From contig CDMY01000781.1 of NCBI GenBank assembly GCA_001179505.1, positions 1 to 64,000 of the forward strand: a stretch of 64,000 nt of DNA, read 5' to 3'. The DNA comes from Vitrella brassicaformis CCMP3155. Lineage: Eukaryota; Protista; Chromerida. Within the stretch, counting starts at the first letter, position 1. Each line of letters begins with the position of its first letter. The position numbers and the translations under genes were made by a program. Positions 24,718-38,885 of the stretch are shown here, piece by piece. The notes under the pieces were generated by a model. It was not told where the DNA came from and searched no databases. It saw nothing but the letters and a program-made list of their open reading frames with translations.

Positions 24718-24749
24718 TGCGAGCTCCCCCTCTCCACGCTAAGCTCGCA
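24718..24749. promoter_or_regulatory. Inverted pair TGCGAGCT-N16-AGCTCGCA in a bidirectional promoter
   Basis: 134 bp from ATG 24584 (-) and 152 bp from ATG 24901 (+). Confidence 0.55.
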
Positions 24750-24900
24750 GCTGTCTCGGAGCGCCAACATCGCGCCTACCTTCCCGGCTGACTCACTGCC
24801 CCCGCCATTGTCGATATACCACCGTCATCACTGATCTCGCCTCATCTCGCAAGGCTCTCACTCACTCATTGCTTGTGCTCTTTGCGGCCTCCGCATCGTC

Positions 24901-27598
24901 ATGATCATCATGGCAAGACAGCCGGCAGCCGTCTTGTTGATCGTGCTGGAGATCTTGGGAGGGGCATGGATATGCGCGGCGCATTCTGTCCCACCGCTGA
25001 AGGCGACACGCACGCTGCCTGTCGTGAGGCCTCTCGCGCCCTCAGCCGACGAGGCATTCATCGGCAGCGTCGTGGGAGCTACCAGGAGGCGATGGGAGCA
25101 GGCCGCATCCAAGATCAGGCAGCGACCACCAACCTCAGCCATCCCTGCGACCGGGCCTGCGGTGCCTCCCACACTGGGAGCTGTGTCGCTGGACACGAGC
25201 GCTCACCTGGAGAAGAGCCATAAACCCCTGTGGTCAGCGGATGGTTGAGGTGGTCGTGAGTGAGTGAGTACGCGTGTGTGCTTCAGGAAGCGGTTTGTTC
25301 CTTCTGAGCGGACGCTCAAGAAGATCCTCCCGCTCGGCGCCATGTTTTTCCTCATCCTCTTTAACTACACCATACTCAGGGGTGAGCAAAAGAGGCATGG
25401 GCCCCGGCTTGGCCTGTTGGCAGGAAGGAAGCACGCATCTCTCTCTCTGTGTGTGTGTGTGTGTGTTGATGTCCGGACCGGATGTGCAGACACGAAGGAT
25501 GTGTTGGTAGTGACGTCGACCGGTGCGGAGATCATCCCCTTCCTCAAGACCTACGTCAACCTCCCCGCAGCCATCGCATACACCATACTGTTCTCGAAAA
25601 TGTCCAACATGTTCAGCAGGTCAACCAACACAACAAAGCCACCGAATCATGGCAATGGCAACACGGCCATTGATCTCTCTCTGTGTGTGTGTGTGTGTGT
25701 GTTCAGGGAGCAGCTGTTTTACGTCAACGTTTTCCCCTTCCTGGCGTTCTTTTTGTCGTTCGCCTTCATCATCTACCCCCACAGAGCCCTCCTGCACCCC
25801 GTCGGAGCCGTATCAGCACTCTCTGCTGCTCTGCCTGCCGGGTAGGACACACACACAGACACCACCACAGCCACCCAGCAATGAAGCCGACACACGTGTA
25901 AGTTGTGTGTGTTCCCTCCCAGTTTGGCTGCTCGTCTCGCAGCACCGCTGGGCATCATCAAGAACTGGTCCTTTGCCGTGTTCTACACGATGGCCGAGCT
26001 GTGGGGCTCGGTGGTGGTGTCGCTGCTGTTTTGGGGGTTTGCCAACGAAGTGACCAGCGTGAATGAGGCCAAGCGGTACTACCCCCTCTTCTCGCTCATG
26101 GCCAACGTCGCACTCATCTTCTCGGGACAATACGTCAGGTACACTACACACACTGACTGCCACAGACACACGAGGCAGACAGAAAGACTCTCTGTTCACG
26201 CCGTTGTTTGGTCAGGTATGTGTCTCGTCTGCGTGCGAATCTGCCGCTGGGCGTGGACGGCTGGACGGTCAGCCTGCGGTACCTGATGAGTGCAATCGCC
26301 GTGTGCGGGACGGCCATCACGGGCATCTTCTACTGGATGCAACGGTTCGTGATCCCCAACCCCAACCTGGTGGACGCCACGGTGCAGAAGAAGACCAAGC
26401 AGAAGACCTCCATGGGGATCCGCGAGAGCATCAAGTACCTCGCCAGCTCGCCCTACATCCGGGACCTGGCGCTGCTGGTCATCTGCTACGGCATGAGCAT
26501 CAACATGGTGGAGGTCTCCTGGAAGGCGCGACTGAGGCAGGCCTACCCCGACCCCAATGCCTACTCCTCCTTCATGGGGGCCTTCTCCACTGCAACCGGG
26601 TGGGGTGGGATGGGGGACACACATCAGCCAGTGAATCGATGTCTCCCTTTTTGTCTCAATGCGCTCATGTCATGTGTGTCTTGCTTGCGTGTGTGTCAGG
26701 TCTGTGACATTGCTGATGCTCTTGGTGAGCCAGGTGGTGCTGAATCGGTTCGGCTGGACGACGGGCGCCCTCATCCCGCCAGCGGTGCTGCTGGTGACGG
26801 GCCTGGGGTTCTTCTCTCTCCTGCTCTTCCAGCCACAGCTCACACCGATCCTCAGCAAACTAGGCGGACTCTCACCTCTGCACCTTGCCGTCATGGTAAG
26901 CATGCGCTTGCGGCCATGAGTGCCATGTCGTCATTGTGCTGTTTGTTTGGTGTCTGGCAGATCGGTGCGCTGCAGAACATCTTGTCGAAGGGCGCCAAGT
27001 ACAGTCTGTTCGACCCCTGTAAGGAAATGGCTTACATCCCTCTCGACGCCGAGCAGAAGTCAAAGGGCAAGGCCGCCATCGACGTCATCGGAAACCCACT
27101 CGGCAAATCAGGTACCTACACAGACACACACACACAGACACACGCACACCCCCCCCGCACCCAAACAGCCAGCCGAGTACACCCACCCGTTCCCACTCAT
27201 TGCTCTCCTTTTCTTCGTCAGGCGGCGCGTTTGTGCAGCAGCTGCTGATTTTCGCCTTCGGGTCGCTGGCTGCGTCCACGCCCTACCTGGCCATGATCCT
27301 TTTCGGCACCATCACCATATGGATGCAGGCCGCCCAGCGTCTCGGCCACCAGTTTGAGGACAAGATGCACCTGCAAAACGAGGAGATCACCGACGAGGAG
27401 GAAGAGATGGACAAGAACGACATGTCACCGTCTTCGTCACCGTCGGCGGCGTCGACTGTGTCGAGTGTGTCGAGTGCGGGCGAGGCCGGCATGGCACGGT
27501 CGATGGCCAAGGTGGATGTCTACATGGACGAGGACGACATCGACGATGACGTGTCGGAGCAGAGAGACATGGACATGCCGCTGCAGCGGTCGTCGTGA
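24901..27598 (+). CDS. NTT1: Plastid ATP/ADP translocase (NTT/TLC family) with a bipartite leader
   Basis: KILPLGAMFFLILFNYTILRDTKDVLVVT; FYTMAELWGSVVVSLLFWGFANE; KYSLFDPCKEMAYIPLD...KGKAAIDVIGNPLGKSGG. N-terminal hydrophobic signal followed by an S/R/A/P-rich extension. Confidence 0.95.
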
Positions 27599-28910
27599 GG
27601 CAGGCCGAGTGTGTGTGTGTCTGGGGGGAGTGATGTGTCCGAGAGGGGGGAAGGGGGGTGTCAAGCGCGCTTTTCTTGCAGTGCTTGACTCGCCTCATTT
27701 TTCGTGATGCTCTCCTGCGTCACACACTCGAGGGGTGGATGGATGGATGGATAGTTTGAACAGCGGGCTGCTGGCTGGCTGATCATGAGTGAGTGGCTGG
27801 TCTGGTCTGGCGTGCATGCGTGTGGCTGAGGACTACTGTCCTGTCACACTGTGTGAGTGCGGCCGTGTGGGGTGTGTGTGTGTGTGTGTGTGTACTTTGT
27901 GCGCATTGTCTCCATCCATCCACAGTTTATATATACCATTAACGATAACGATCGCTGTGTTGGGTAATGGGTAATGGGTGGCGGGCGGTGGGATGGGGTG
28001 CTGTGGCAGGGAGCATGTACAGGGGGCGGGGCAGGTGTCTGTTGGCCTTGCAGAGGCCAACACAAGACAGACAGCCTCACAGAGAGAGAGGAGAGACGAG
28101 GGAGGGCGTGTCGAGTGGGTGGTGGTGGTGGGGGTGGTGGGGGTGTCAACATATGTATTTTTTGGGGTGGTTTTTTCGATTTCAATCAATGGTGGGTGTG
28201 TCGATGACGAGGGAGGGAGCTAGGTAGGTAGCTGAGTGAGTGGATGAGGGAGGACACGTGCAGACGAGAAGGGAAGGGACCAACGCATGTGTGTGTGAGT
28301 GGTGAAGGTTGACGTCATCTGCACAAGACGGCGCGTGTTCCATTTATCCATCCATCCATCCATCCATGCAGGAGCAGCCAATACATATTCACACAGCGCA
28401 TGATGGATGCATCCAAATAAAACGTCACGTGAACATGTCCGCCACACACCACACCCCTCCCCTCCCCGGTCACCAAACCACCCAAAAGTGCTTTGTACAA
28501 CTGCTGTCCGTACGTATGTGTGTGTGGGCTTTGGGCTATGTGATGTGCGCCCCACACTGCTGTGCAGTGGGTATGTGCGCGGGTCGGACCTCTCATGGAC
28601 ATGGATGCCATGCAGCCGCAAGAAAACGATATAGCACACACATACAAGCCACCAACACACGCGCACACACCACACACATCGCCCACACACGTCACTGCAA
28701 AACCTCAAAAAGGCGGGAAAGAGCCGCCCCCACCCCTCCATCCCCCCCTCCCTCCCTCTCCTGCGACACAAGCACACAGCCGTGCAAGCGGCAATCAATC
28801 GGTTGGTATCCACACAGGTGAGGCAGCCGAGTCAGTCAGTCAGTCAGTCAGTGAGTATGCGTGTGTCTAGGTGAGCGGGCTAAGGTACTCGTTCATCCGA
28901 CCATTGTCCA

Positions 28911-30788
28911 TCAGAACTCCGCGTTGAGGTCGAATTTCTGCATCTCCATGCCGGCCATGACGCCGGCCTTCTGGTACTCGCCAACGCGCTTCTCGAAGAA
29001 GTTGGTCTTGCCCTGACACCAGACACACCACGACAACACACACATACATCCACACACACGTATGTGTGGTGTGTGGTGTGTGTGTGTGTGTGTTTGTGCC
29101 TGGAGTGAGATGAGTTCCATCCAGTCGAATGGGTTGGTGACGTTGAAGAGCTTGGCGTACCCCAAGGCCACCAGCAGACGGTCGGCCACAAACTTGATGT
29201 ACTGAACCATCAACTCTACAACACAATACACACACACACACACACACATGGATGGATGGATGGATGGAGAGATGCGACGCACCAGTCAGTCGAGGAGCGA
29301 AAAGTGTGCGTCTCTGTGGTACGGTGTGCGCACCTGAGTTCATTCCGATGAGTGACACTGGGATGGAGTCGCAGATGAAGGTCTTCTCAACCTCAACCGC
29401 ACTCGCGATGATCTCGTGAACGAACTATCACACACACACACGTCCACCACAGATGAGATGGGCTCTTCCGTGTTGTAAGTGGTGGTGGTGGACACCCACC
29501 CACCCACCTCCTGGGGCAACTTGTGCTTGAGTTTCGAGTACAGCAGGCAGCCGAAGTCCTGCACACACACACATGCGACGACCGATGCCCATCCACTGTC
29601 TGAACATATAGGCGTGTCGGTGGGTGTGACTCACCGCGTGGAGGCCCTCGTCTCTGCTGATGAGCTCGTTGCTGAACGTCAAACCGGGATTCAGGCCTCG
29701 CTTCTTCAACCTGATACATATTGCAACCATGATGGTCACGCATAAAGGATGCCGCTCATGCCGTCCGTCACTCTTCGGCATACCGACCAGTAGATGGCGC
29801 AGAAGCTGCCCGAGAAGAGGATGCCCTCGACGGCGGCGTACGCGACGAGCCGCTCGTGGAATGACCGGTCCTTGTCCATCCACTTGACGGCCCACTCGGC
29901 CTTGACCCGCACCGCGTCCACCGTCTGGATGGCGTGGAACAACTTGTCCTTCTCGCCCGAGTCCTGTGGCAGGCACCACCACACACAACACACACACGCG
30001 CGTGTGTGGGAGGGTGGGGGCTGGGGCCCGAGAGGGTAAGTGTGTGAGTGAGTGACCTTGATGTACTCGTCGATCATGACCGAGTAGGTCTCCGAGTGGA
30101 TGTTCTCCATGGCGATCTGGAAGCCGTAGAAGGCGCGGGCCTCAGGCACCTGCACCTCCTGCAGAAACAACGCCGCCAAATTCTCCAACACTATGCCGTC
30201 ACTGACAAACGATTTGCCACACACAGACAAGGCACACAGGCGAACCGGATGGGTGCGGTGTGTGTTGGGGGTGCGGTGTGGCTTGGATGGGTGAGGTGCG
30301 TGTGTACCGTACCTTGCTGCGAAGAACGCGAGGACGTATTTGATGAAGTGCTGCTCGTTCTCGCTCAGCGACGCCCAGTCAGACATGTCCTGATACACAC
30401 ACACACACGCACCATAACAAACCGAGATCCATCCATCCATTAGCCACACGTGACGTTGACCTGTTGTATCTGTCTGTGTCGGCATCTGTGTCTGTGTGGT
30501 ACCTGTGCGAGGTCGATTTCCTCAGTGGTCCAGAAGGACGCCTTGGCCTTCTTATAGAACTCCCAGATGTCCGCGTGCACCACCGGGAAGATGTTCTGAC
30601 ACACAACACACAACACACAACACACATACAGACGTGCAGGCGTCCATCCATCCATCCATCCATCCATCCATCCAGATCTGCCTCGCTGCACTCACTGCAC
30701 TGGTCACCTTGCGTTCCGACACCGGGTTGAGGAGCCATTCCTCCTTCTCGTACTGCTTGAACCGCGCAGACAGCTCACTCGACGACAT
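28911..30788 (-). CDS. RRM2: Ribonucleoside-diphosphate reductase small subunit (class Ia R2)
   Basis: [14 protein letters not shown]; FAASDGIV; MENIHSETY (radical Tyr present); [10 protein letters not shown]; [12 protein letters not shown]; [10 protein letters not shown]; C-terminal FDLNAEF. Confidence 0.97.
29013..29099 (-). other. Non-canonical GC-AG intron in RRM2
   Basis: The conserved ISLQ|GKTNFF junction requires donor CAG|GCACAA. The intron is 87 nt and stop-free, with an AC-rich 5' half and a GT-rich 3' half. Confidence 0.75.
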
Positions 30789-31220
30789 CCTCAGCCGCTA
30801 TGCTACCAAACGCACCAACACACCTGACAACGGAGAAAGACAACCATCCCAGTAGCCATCACAGCACCAGCAAATGCGATGCGTGACGTTCAGAAATTGG
30901 GCCCAGGAGGACAGCGCCGGATGGGCGCCTTTTTTGCCCGTGCGGTGGATGCGCACCTGCTGCTCGGTGGATGCAGTTCTCCAGGCACACCGCCAAGCCA
31001 CGGGCGGGGTTTCAGACTCCGACAACACGCCGGGTGCCCTCGCCGGTCTCACGCAGGACGACACGCTGGAAGGCTGGAAGAGATGGCGGCTGTACAGGCC
31101 AGCTCTCCCCAACACACACGCAAAGAGGCTCGAACAACAGCCCGATCGCTCAAAAATTGCGAGCTCAAAAGGACGATGTCGCTTGAGGCTGGGACAAATG
31201 CAACACGGTATATTTTCTTG

Positions 31221-33331
<2,111 letters not shown>

Positions 33332-34016
33332 AGGCGTTGCGGGCTGGGCGAGTGCAGCACCAACTAGATAGAGGGAGGTTCATAGCTAGGTACATGGCTG
33401 TTGATATGTGTGCACCACCCTGTGTGGGCAGACAGACTGTGTGGGTGGACGTCAGTCAGTTGGCGTGGATGGATGGCCGACGGCCTTTTTCGAACGAACA
33501 GGGGCCTGCTGGAGGGGAGGGCTGCTGCCGAATGTGTAGAGGGATAGGTGGCAGGGGCGGTGGCGGTGGGGGGATCGGGCTGGCTGGCTGTAGGCTTCGC
33601 CAGCACCAGTGATTGATGGATGGAAAATCAGTCGTTCGTTCGTTTGTTTAGGTGTGTGAGTGTACTTTCTTCCCTCAGGATGATGAGAGAGCCTCTGCAT
33701 CTGGTCTGCCTTTCTCGACGCTGCCGGCAATGTGTGGCCACCACCACATTGTCGCCATGGTCTCGAGAAGCATCACGAGGGAGTCAGTCGTGGCTGAAGC
33801 AAAGCAGCAGATGGTTGGGAACGATTGCGTACGTGTGAGGGATTTATTCAAGCTAGCATACTTACATCCGTGACTGCAGTGGAGTACTCTTTTTCCTGAC
33901 TCGTCTTCGCTGCGTATCCGTCAACCAACCCACCCACCTCGATGCAAAGTGCGCCCATCCAAATGACACACATTGGCGAGACATGGCAGCGCAGGTCGAC
34001 GACAGGTACATACATA

Positions 34017-34037
34017 ATATAAAATGTAGGCAGCGAT
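34017..34037 (-). repeat. 21-bp motif copy 3 (ATCGCTGCCTACATTTTATAT on the minus strand)
   Basis: The plus strand reads ATATAAAATGTAGGCAGCGAT. Confidence 0.8.
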
Positions 34038-34131
34038 CCACCAGCTGAATCGACACGATCATGCCCGCCAGCGTAGGGAACACACGCAGCGGCTGTATGC
34101 ACCCGCTGAAGGAAACACACTGCTGACACAC

Positions 34132-34847
34132 TCACACGCACAGGCATTGGTCTTTCTGCATATCTTCGCACATTCGACTCATATTACTTGTCACGATGTA
34201 GCTGATGCCGGCAGCCGGGTGAGACAGCTCATGCTGGTAGCGCAGCAGGGCCGTGGCGATCAACTTGCGAAACGCGAAACCTGAAGAAAAAAAGACAACA
34301 CACCAACCCTCGGCACATTTCGTTCCCCAGTGCATTTGCCCGTGTTGTCTCTTTACTGATGCTGAGCTGGTATCGCTGTGAGGACCTCAGCTTCTTGTAA
34401 GTCCCTCGCGCCCGCTCCACTCCAACACCTGCGACGACGCCGGCTCCCTCTGCCGAAACTTCCATCTGGCCGGCACGCCGCCCCACACCTCCACCCCCTC
34501 AGCCACCTGTGCGCCCTCTTCAGCCCGTCTGCCAGCGCCATCGGGAGGCAGTTGCTGTCGCCATTGACCTACTGGATGTCGGGGTTGACGTCTTGGCGTT
34601 CTCGATGTTGGTCTTGTTGTCCGCCGTGAGGTGCTCATAGCCTCGGTCAAAAAAGCTGCAGTTGAAGCGAATGCATCGAATGGGCTTTCTCCGACTGCTC
34701 TGTGTCAAGACAGGCACACACAAACACACACATTGTGTCTCTGTTGTGTCTCTCCCTAGTTGTCTCTCTCCCTACCGCGCCGGCGTCAACAGAGACATGA
34801 TCGTGTTTCTCTCCCTTGTGGTGCTGAGAGGGGAGAATGCAGCTCAT
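34132..34847 (-). CDS. Possible small spliced hypothetical gene between motif copies 4 and 3
   Basis: MSCILPSQ...DAGA | SSRRKPIRCIRFNCSFFDRGYEHLTADNKTNIENAK join in phase. A later exon GFAFRKLIATALLRYQHE looks coding, but its join could not be resolved. Confidence 0.3.
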
Positions 34848-34850
34848 CAC

Positions 34851-34871
34851 ATATAAAGTGTAGGCAGCGAT
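34851..34871 (-). repeat. 21-bp motif copy 4 (ATCGCTGCCTACACTTTATAT on the minus strand)
   Basis: The plus strand reads ATATAAAGTGTAGGCAGCGAT; 834 bp from copy 3, same orientation. Confidence 0.8.
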
Positions 34872-35055
34872 ATTACCTGCATACACAAGCAGAACATTCC
34901 AGCTTATTCATGAGTGGACAGACAAGCAGCAGCAACGAACCACTCCCCCCTGGTCGTTACTGCAGATCGCAGGCAGTGTCTCTTGCGTGATTGTCCTATG
35001 ATCTCGCTCACCAACTGAAAAAAGCAGATGGTTCTGCCTGCGTCTGCCTGCCTGC

Positions 35056-35403
35056 CTAACATACGCCGAAGAGCTCCTTCCTCAGCACCCAAAACATGTT
35101 CTTCGCAGCCGCCGTCTTCTTCTTCTTCTTGGCGCCTTGCGGACTCTGTCCGCGACGCCTCTCCCCCGCTGCTTCTTGGGCGACACAGATGGCGACGGGG
35201 CACCACACCTCTTTGTCGACCTGCAGCAACACCACACCGGCTGCCGCACCCGTCTTCCCACCTGCAGCTTCTTCTTGGGGGTCTTCTTGCCGGGCTTGAT
35301 GGTCTTCCTGCTGGCCTTCTTCTTGCCCGTCTCCTTGGCTGGCTTCTTGGTGGGTGTCTTGTCGGGCTTGGCTGGCTTCTTGGCGGCGTCTCTCTCTTCT
35401 CGA
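35056..35403 (-). CDS. Lys/Pro/Ala-rich histone H1-tail-like basic protein (5' exon unresolved)
   Basis: AAKKPAKPDKTPTKKPAKETGKKKASRKTIKPGKKTPKKKLQ in the G/C-ending codon frame. A probable 41-nt intron leads to ...GAKKKKKTAAAKN. Confidence 0.5.
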   Translation of the reverse strand, partial: SRRERRRQEASQARQDTHQEASQGDGQEEGQQEDHQARQEDPQEEAAGGKTGAAAGVVLLQVDKEVWCPVAICVAQEAAGERRRGQSPQGAKKKKKTAAAKNMFWVLRKELFGVC

Positions 35404-36603
35404 CTGAAAAAAGCGGGCGGCGTCGATCGAGTGGAGTTGCTGTCGCAGGCCGACACTCTTGGCGACCACGAGCCCCCCTGGAAGCACCGAACGCACCTCG
35501 TGATTGCCCTCTACCTCCATGACCGCCAGATCGGGATGCCCGTCGATTGGGTTGTGCCGGTGGATGTATGTCTCCAGCACCATCATCACCCGTTGCTCTC
35601 TACATCCATTGTCACTGAGAGGGCTCCAATTGCCACATGTGCCGCCGTAGCGACGAACAGACGGCCGGTGTCGGTTTTCAGCATAAAGCCGCTGCCCTGT
35701 GGCTGCCGTAATGCTGGTTGATGTAGGTGTCGAGTTATTGGTGTCGAGCACAATCATCTGGCGAAAGGAAAGCGGTCAGTCGACTCTGCCCATCGACGCG
35801 ATGTATGCGAGCCGTCAATGTGACCCTCAAATCGTTGATCCGTTGGCGGTTTCGCGGCTGGGACGAATCGGGCATGGGCAAACACACCTACCGCTGCTGC
35901 TGCTGCTGGGCTGTCAGTCGTGATTCCAACTCGAACTCGCACAGGGGTGGTCAGAGACTGCTTCCCATCACACATGCGTCAGCGTTACGAAAGAACTCCG
36001 CTTTAACGGTGTGGAGGAGAAGTTTTTTTCGTTTTCCCGTCTCATTTTCGTAAATTCTCGACAGTCTCGCGAAAGCCAGAAAGCCATACACATGTTTGTA
36101 TGGCTTACGCAAGATACATCTGTTCTTCTGTATGGTTAATCATTCGCATGCAGAAATACAAAAAAATCATCCATTGCGTTCGTCACGCATGTCTCTACAG
36201 AACGAATCCTCAGCAGATCCACTCTAGGCGCACAGAGTACATATGTCATTCACGGTTTCTCTGTCTTGATGCGCTTAAGAATGCCGCCTCGCTCGTCGTC
36301 GCCTTCCTCCCCCTCGGCACCCTCTTTGTCGTCCTGCATCCATCCGTCAGTCACACACAACACATTAAAGGCTGAATGTCGTGAGCTGAGTGGAGGCCAG
36401 CCTGGTCAGGGCAGTGGCTGACCGCACCTTCTCGAAGCCGTGCGGCTCTTGAGCGCGCTCACTCGCCCTCATCTCTACAAATCAAGACACGACACAGCAA
36501 TCGATCGATGCGGTTGTGTGGCTGTGTGTGTTTGTTTGGGTCTTTTTTTTTATCTCCCCACCTTTGGAGGGCCGTTGCAAAGGCACCACCTCCTCACGCG
36601 CAG

Positions 36604-37381
36604 TCAAGCCCTCAGTCTGGACTGCAGCTGGGTCAGAGTGGTGCCGATGGGGGCCAGGGGTGAGGAAGGATGTAAAGGATGGAGGCCCGCCGCGGCATCA
36701 CGGGCCTGCTTCTCCCACGGGGCCTTCTCGTCAGCAGGTAGCTCAGCCCACAACTCAGATAGCTCTGAATGATTACAGCACACACCATGCAACGGGTGAG
36801 GCGCTGTTGCTGTCATTCATGTAAGGGTGCGTGGCTGACCTTCCTTGGAGGGTCCTTGATGTCCAGGGTGTCGTACCTTGAGTAGCGTTCTCATGTAGTT
36901 GCACCAGAGAGAGTATGATGTGATGTCTAACTGACGCTGAGATGGCCCCCTGCACGCAGGATCCAACGACACACACTTGATGGCTGGCTGCAAGGGTGGG
37001 AGGGACCCGTCTTAAAGCACTTCTCACCTTGGCCTCTCACCCTGTAGCGCAGGAGGGGTCCACTTGTAGCCTGCAGGGTCAGCAAGACACAACATGCTCT
37101 GGCTGCCCGCTGTCCTCCTTCCCTTCCTCCCCCCGCACAGCACCTACCAGTCTTGTCAGCAACTGCTTTGGCGACATCACAAGCATGCGCCGCCAGCGAG
37201 AACAATACATCACACAGCTGGCACACACACAGAGGCACAACGCGCACAGATCCGTCCATAGTGCCTGCCCTTATCAACGACTGACCAGATCTTCGCATGG
37301 GTCATGGTTGAGTGCGGCCGAAGCAGCAGCTGCAACAGCTGCGGCCGCTGCTTCGGATGCTATGGATGCTGAGGAGTCCAT
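36604..37381 (-). CDS. Small protein with a divergent HMG-box
   Basis: Spliced ...DPACRGP...TSYSLWCNYMRTLLKVRHPG...KEELSELWAELPADEKAPWEKQAR fits the HMG-box helix pattern. Confidence 0.5.
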
Positions 37382-37858
37382 TTCGCTCTCGAGAAGGTTC
37401 CACCATGCGAGCTTCGCATCGGTCACGTCAGTCACCCCCACATTTCGCAGCGAGGGATGCACACACATGTTCACGCCACAATAAGCCTCTTGTCGCGGCA
37501 GAGTCGTACATGCAGATTATCAATTCATTTGCAAAGCTTGTTGCTCTGCACGCCCGACAAGAAGGCAGAGCATGCGAGCAAACAAAACTGCCGCACAGCG
37601 CTTCGTTCAGCAGGCCAGCGAAGCCAAAACCTATCGACATAGCTAGCGACCTGTACACACACGCACGACACATACACACACACACACACACACATGAGAG
37701 AGAGAGAGAAACACCACATGCATCGCGTGTTCATCCACCAGCACTCTCTACAGACTAGGACCGACAGACCGTCTGCCATGCCTTCTGGTCTCGCTACGCC
37801 ACATCGGCAGACATCCCATCCAGCCAATGCGTCGCCCCGCCCCTTCCCTCTCTGTCTC

Positions 37859-38780
37859 TCAGTCGCCCTCTACATTTGGCTCGAGTATGCGCGTGACGAA
37901 CGCGGGCATGACGTGACGCGAGAGTCGATACGCCGGCAGGAACCGAAGGATGACACTCATGCCCAGCTCCCCGACCTTGGTCATGTTCTCGGCCGAATCA
38001 ACGATCTCCAGAACCTTGCCTTCAGGGCTCAAGGATATCAGACTCAACATGCGCGTCAAGGGCAATGGCGCACCTGACATACACACACAGAACACGACAA
38101 GACCTAATGGCGTGTGTTTGCGTCGTTCTGCCTCTCTATGTTCTTGTTGTGTTGCGTCGGTCGGTCACCTCCCATCGTGAAGTGCGACTGGACGCCGAAG
38201 GAGGTCCTCCCATCTGTGATGTCCTCCACCTGGATCACCACGTCCCGCGGCGCGGACCTCGCCAGCCTCTCGAAATACGCACGCACCTGCCGCTTGCCTG
38301 AATGCCATATATGCACAGGAGCATTGAATGAGCACCATCTGTGCCGCCACCCCTCTCTCCCTCTCCCACTCCTCCCTCCATCGCACGCACTTTTGAATGG
38401 CGAGAGCATGGCCCAATCCGAGAGGGTGCAGTCTTCATCCAGGAGGTCCTCCAGAGTTTCCCAGTCCCGGTTATTCATGGCTTCGTAGTAGGCCTCTACA
38501 ACGGCGCGGCCGCCACCTCCAGCCCGCCTCAGGTTCGCCAAAGAAAGGGAGTTGAGGCGGCTTGGTGGAGCCGACTTCTGACGGTCAAGTGGGGTAGAGA
38601 TGGGGGCGATGAAGCTCTCCCTGAGAAGCAAAGAAAGATACATGCTGGAGGAATGTTCTCCATGTGTGCGGTTGGTGTCATTGACACTGACCTCTGGCTG
38701 GAGGCCTCCCTTGAGAATACGGTGGTGACAGCTGTTGAGGCGACGATGAAGCATCGCAGCAGCAGCACAGACGACGGCAT
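37859..38780 (-). CDS. SnoaL/NTF2-like fold protein with a probable bipartite plastid leader
   Basis: MPSSVLLLRCFIVASTAVTTVFS...QR | ESFIAP... joins in phase 2. VVEAYYEAMNNRDWETLEDLLDEDC...SPFKGKRQVRAYF...VEDITDG resembles plant plastid NTF2-family proteins. Confidence 0.75.
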
Positions 38781-38798
38781 TTCCCGCTTTTTGGGCTA

Positions 38799-38815
38799 AG
38801 CTTGCAGTGCGAGCT
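38799..38815. promoter_or_regulatory. AGCTTGCA-G-TGCGAGCT pair in a 105-bp divergent intergenic region
   Basis: Lies between ATG 38780 (-) and ATG 38886 (+). Confidence 0.5.
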
Positions 38816-38885
38816 CCGGATCGTGTCGAAGAAGGGCAGGAAAAGAGAGAAAGAGAAGCAGCTAAGTGATGGTCAGAGCAAGTTG

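Noticed and set aside
30879-31220. Very long N-terminal extension of the aminotransferase ORF
   Set aside because: It covers the divergent promoter region, including the TGCGAGCT site at 31158, and is probably untranslated.
35056-35403. Dinoflagellate/viral nucleoprotein (DVNP)
   Set aside because: Basic, but lacks the DVNP core motifs.
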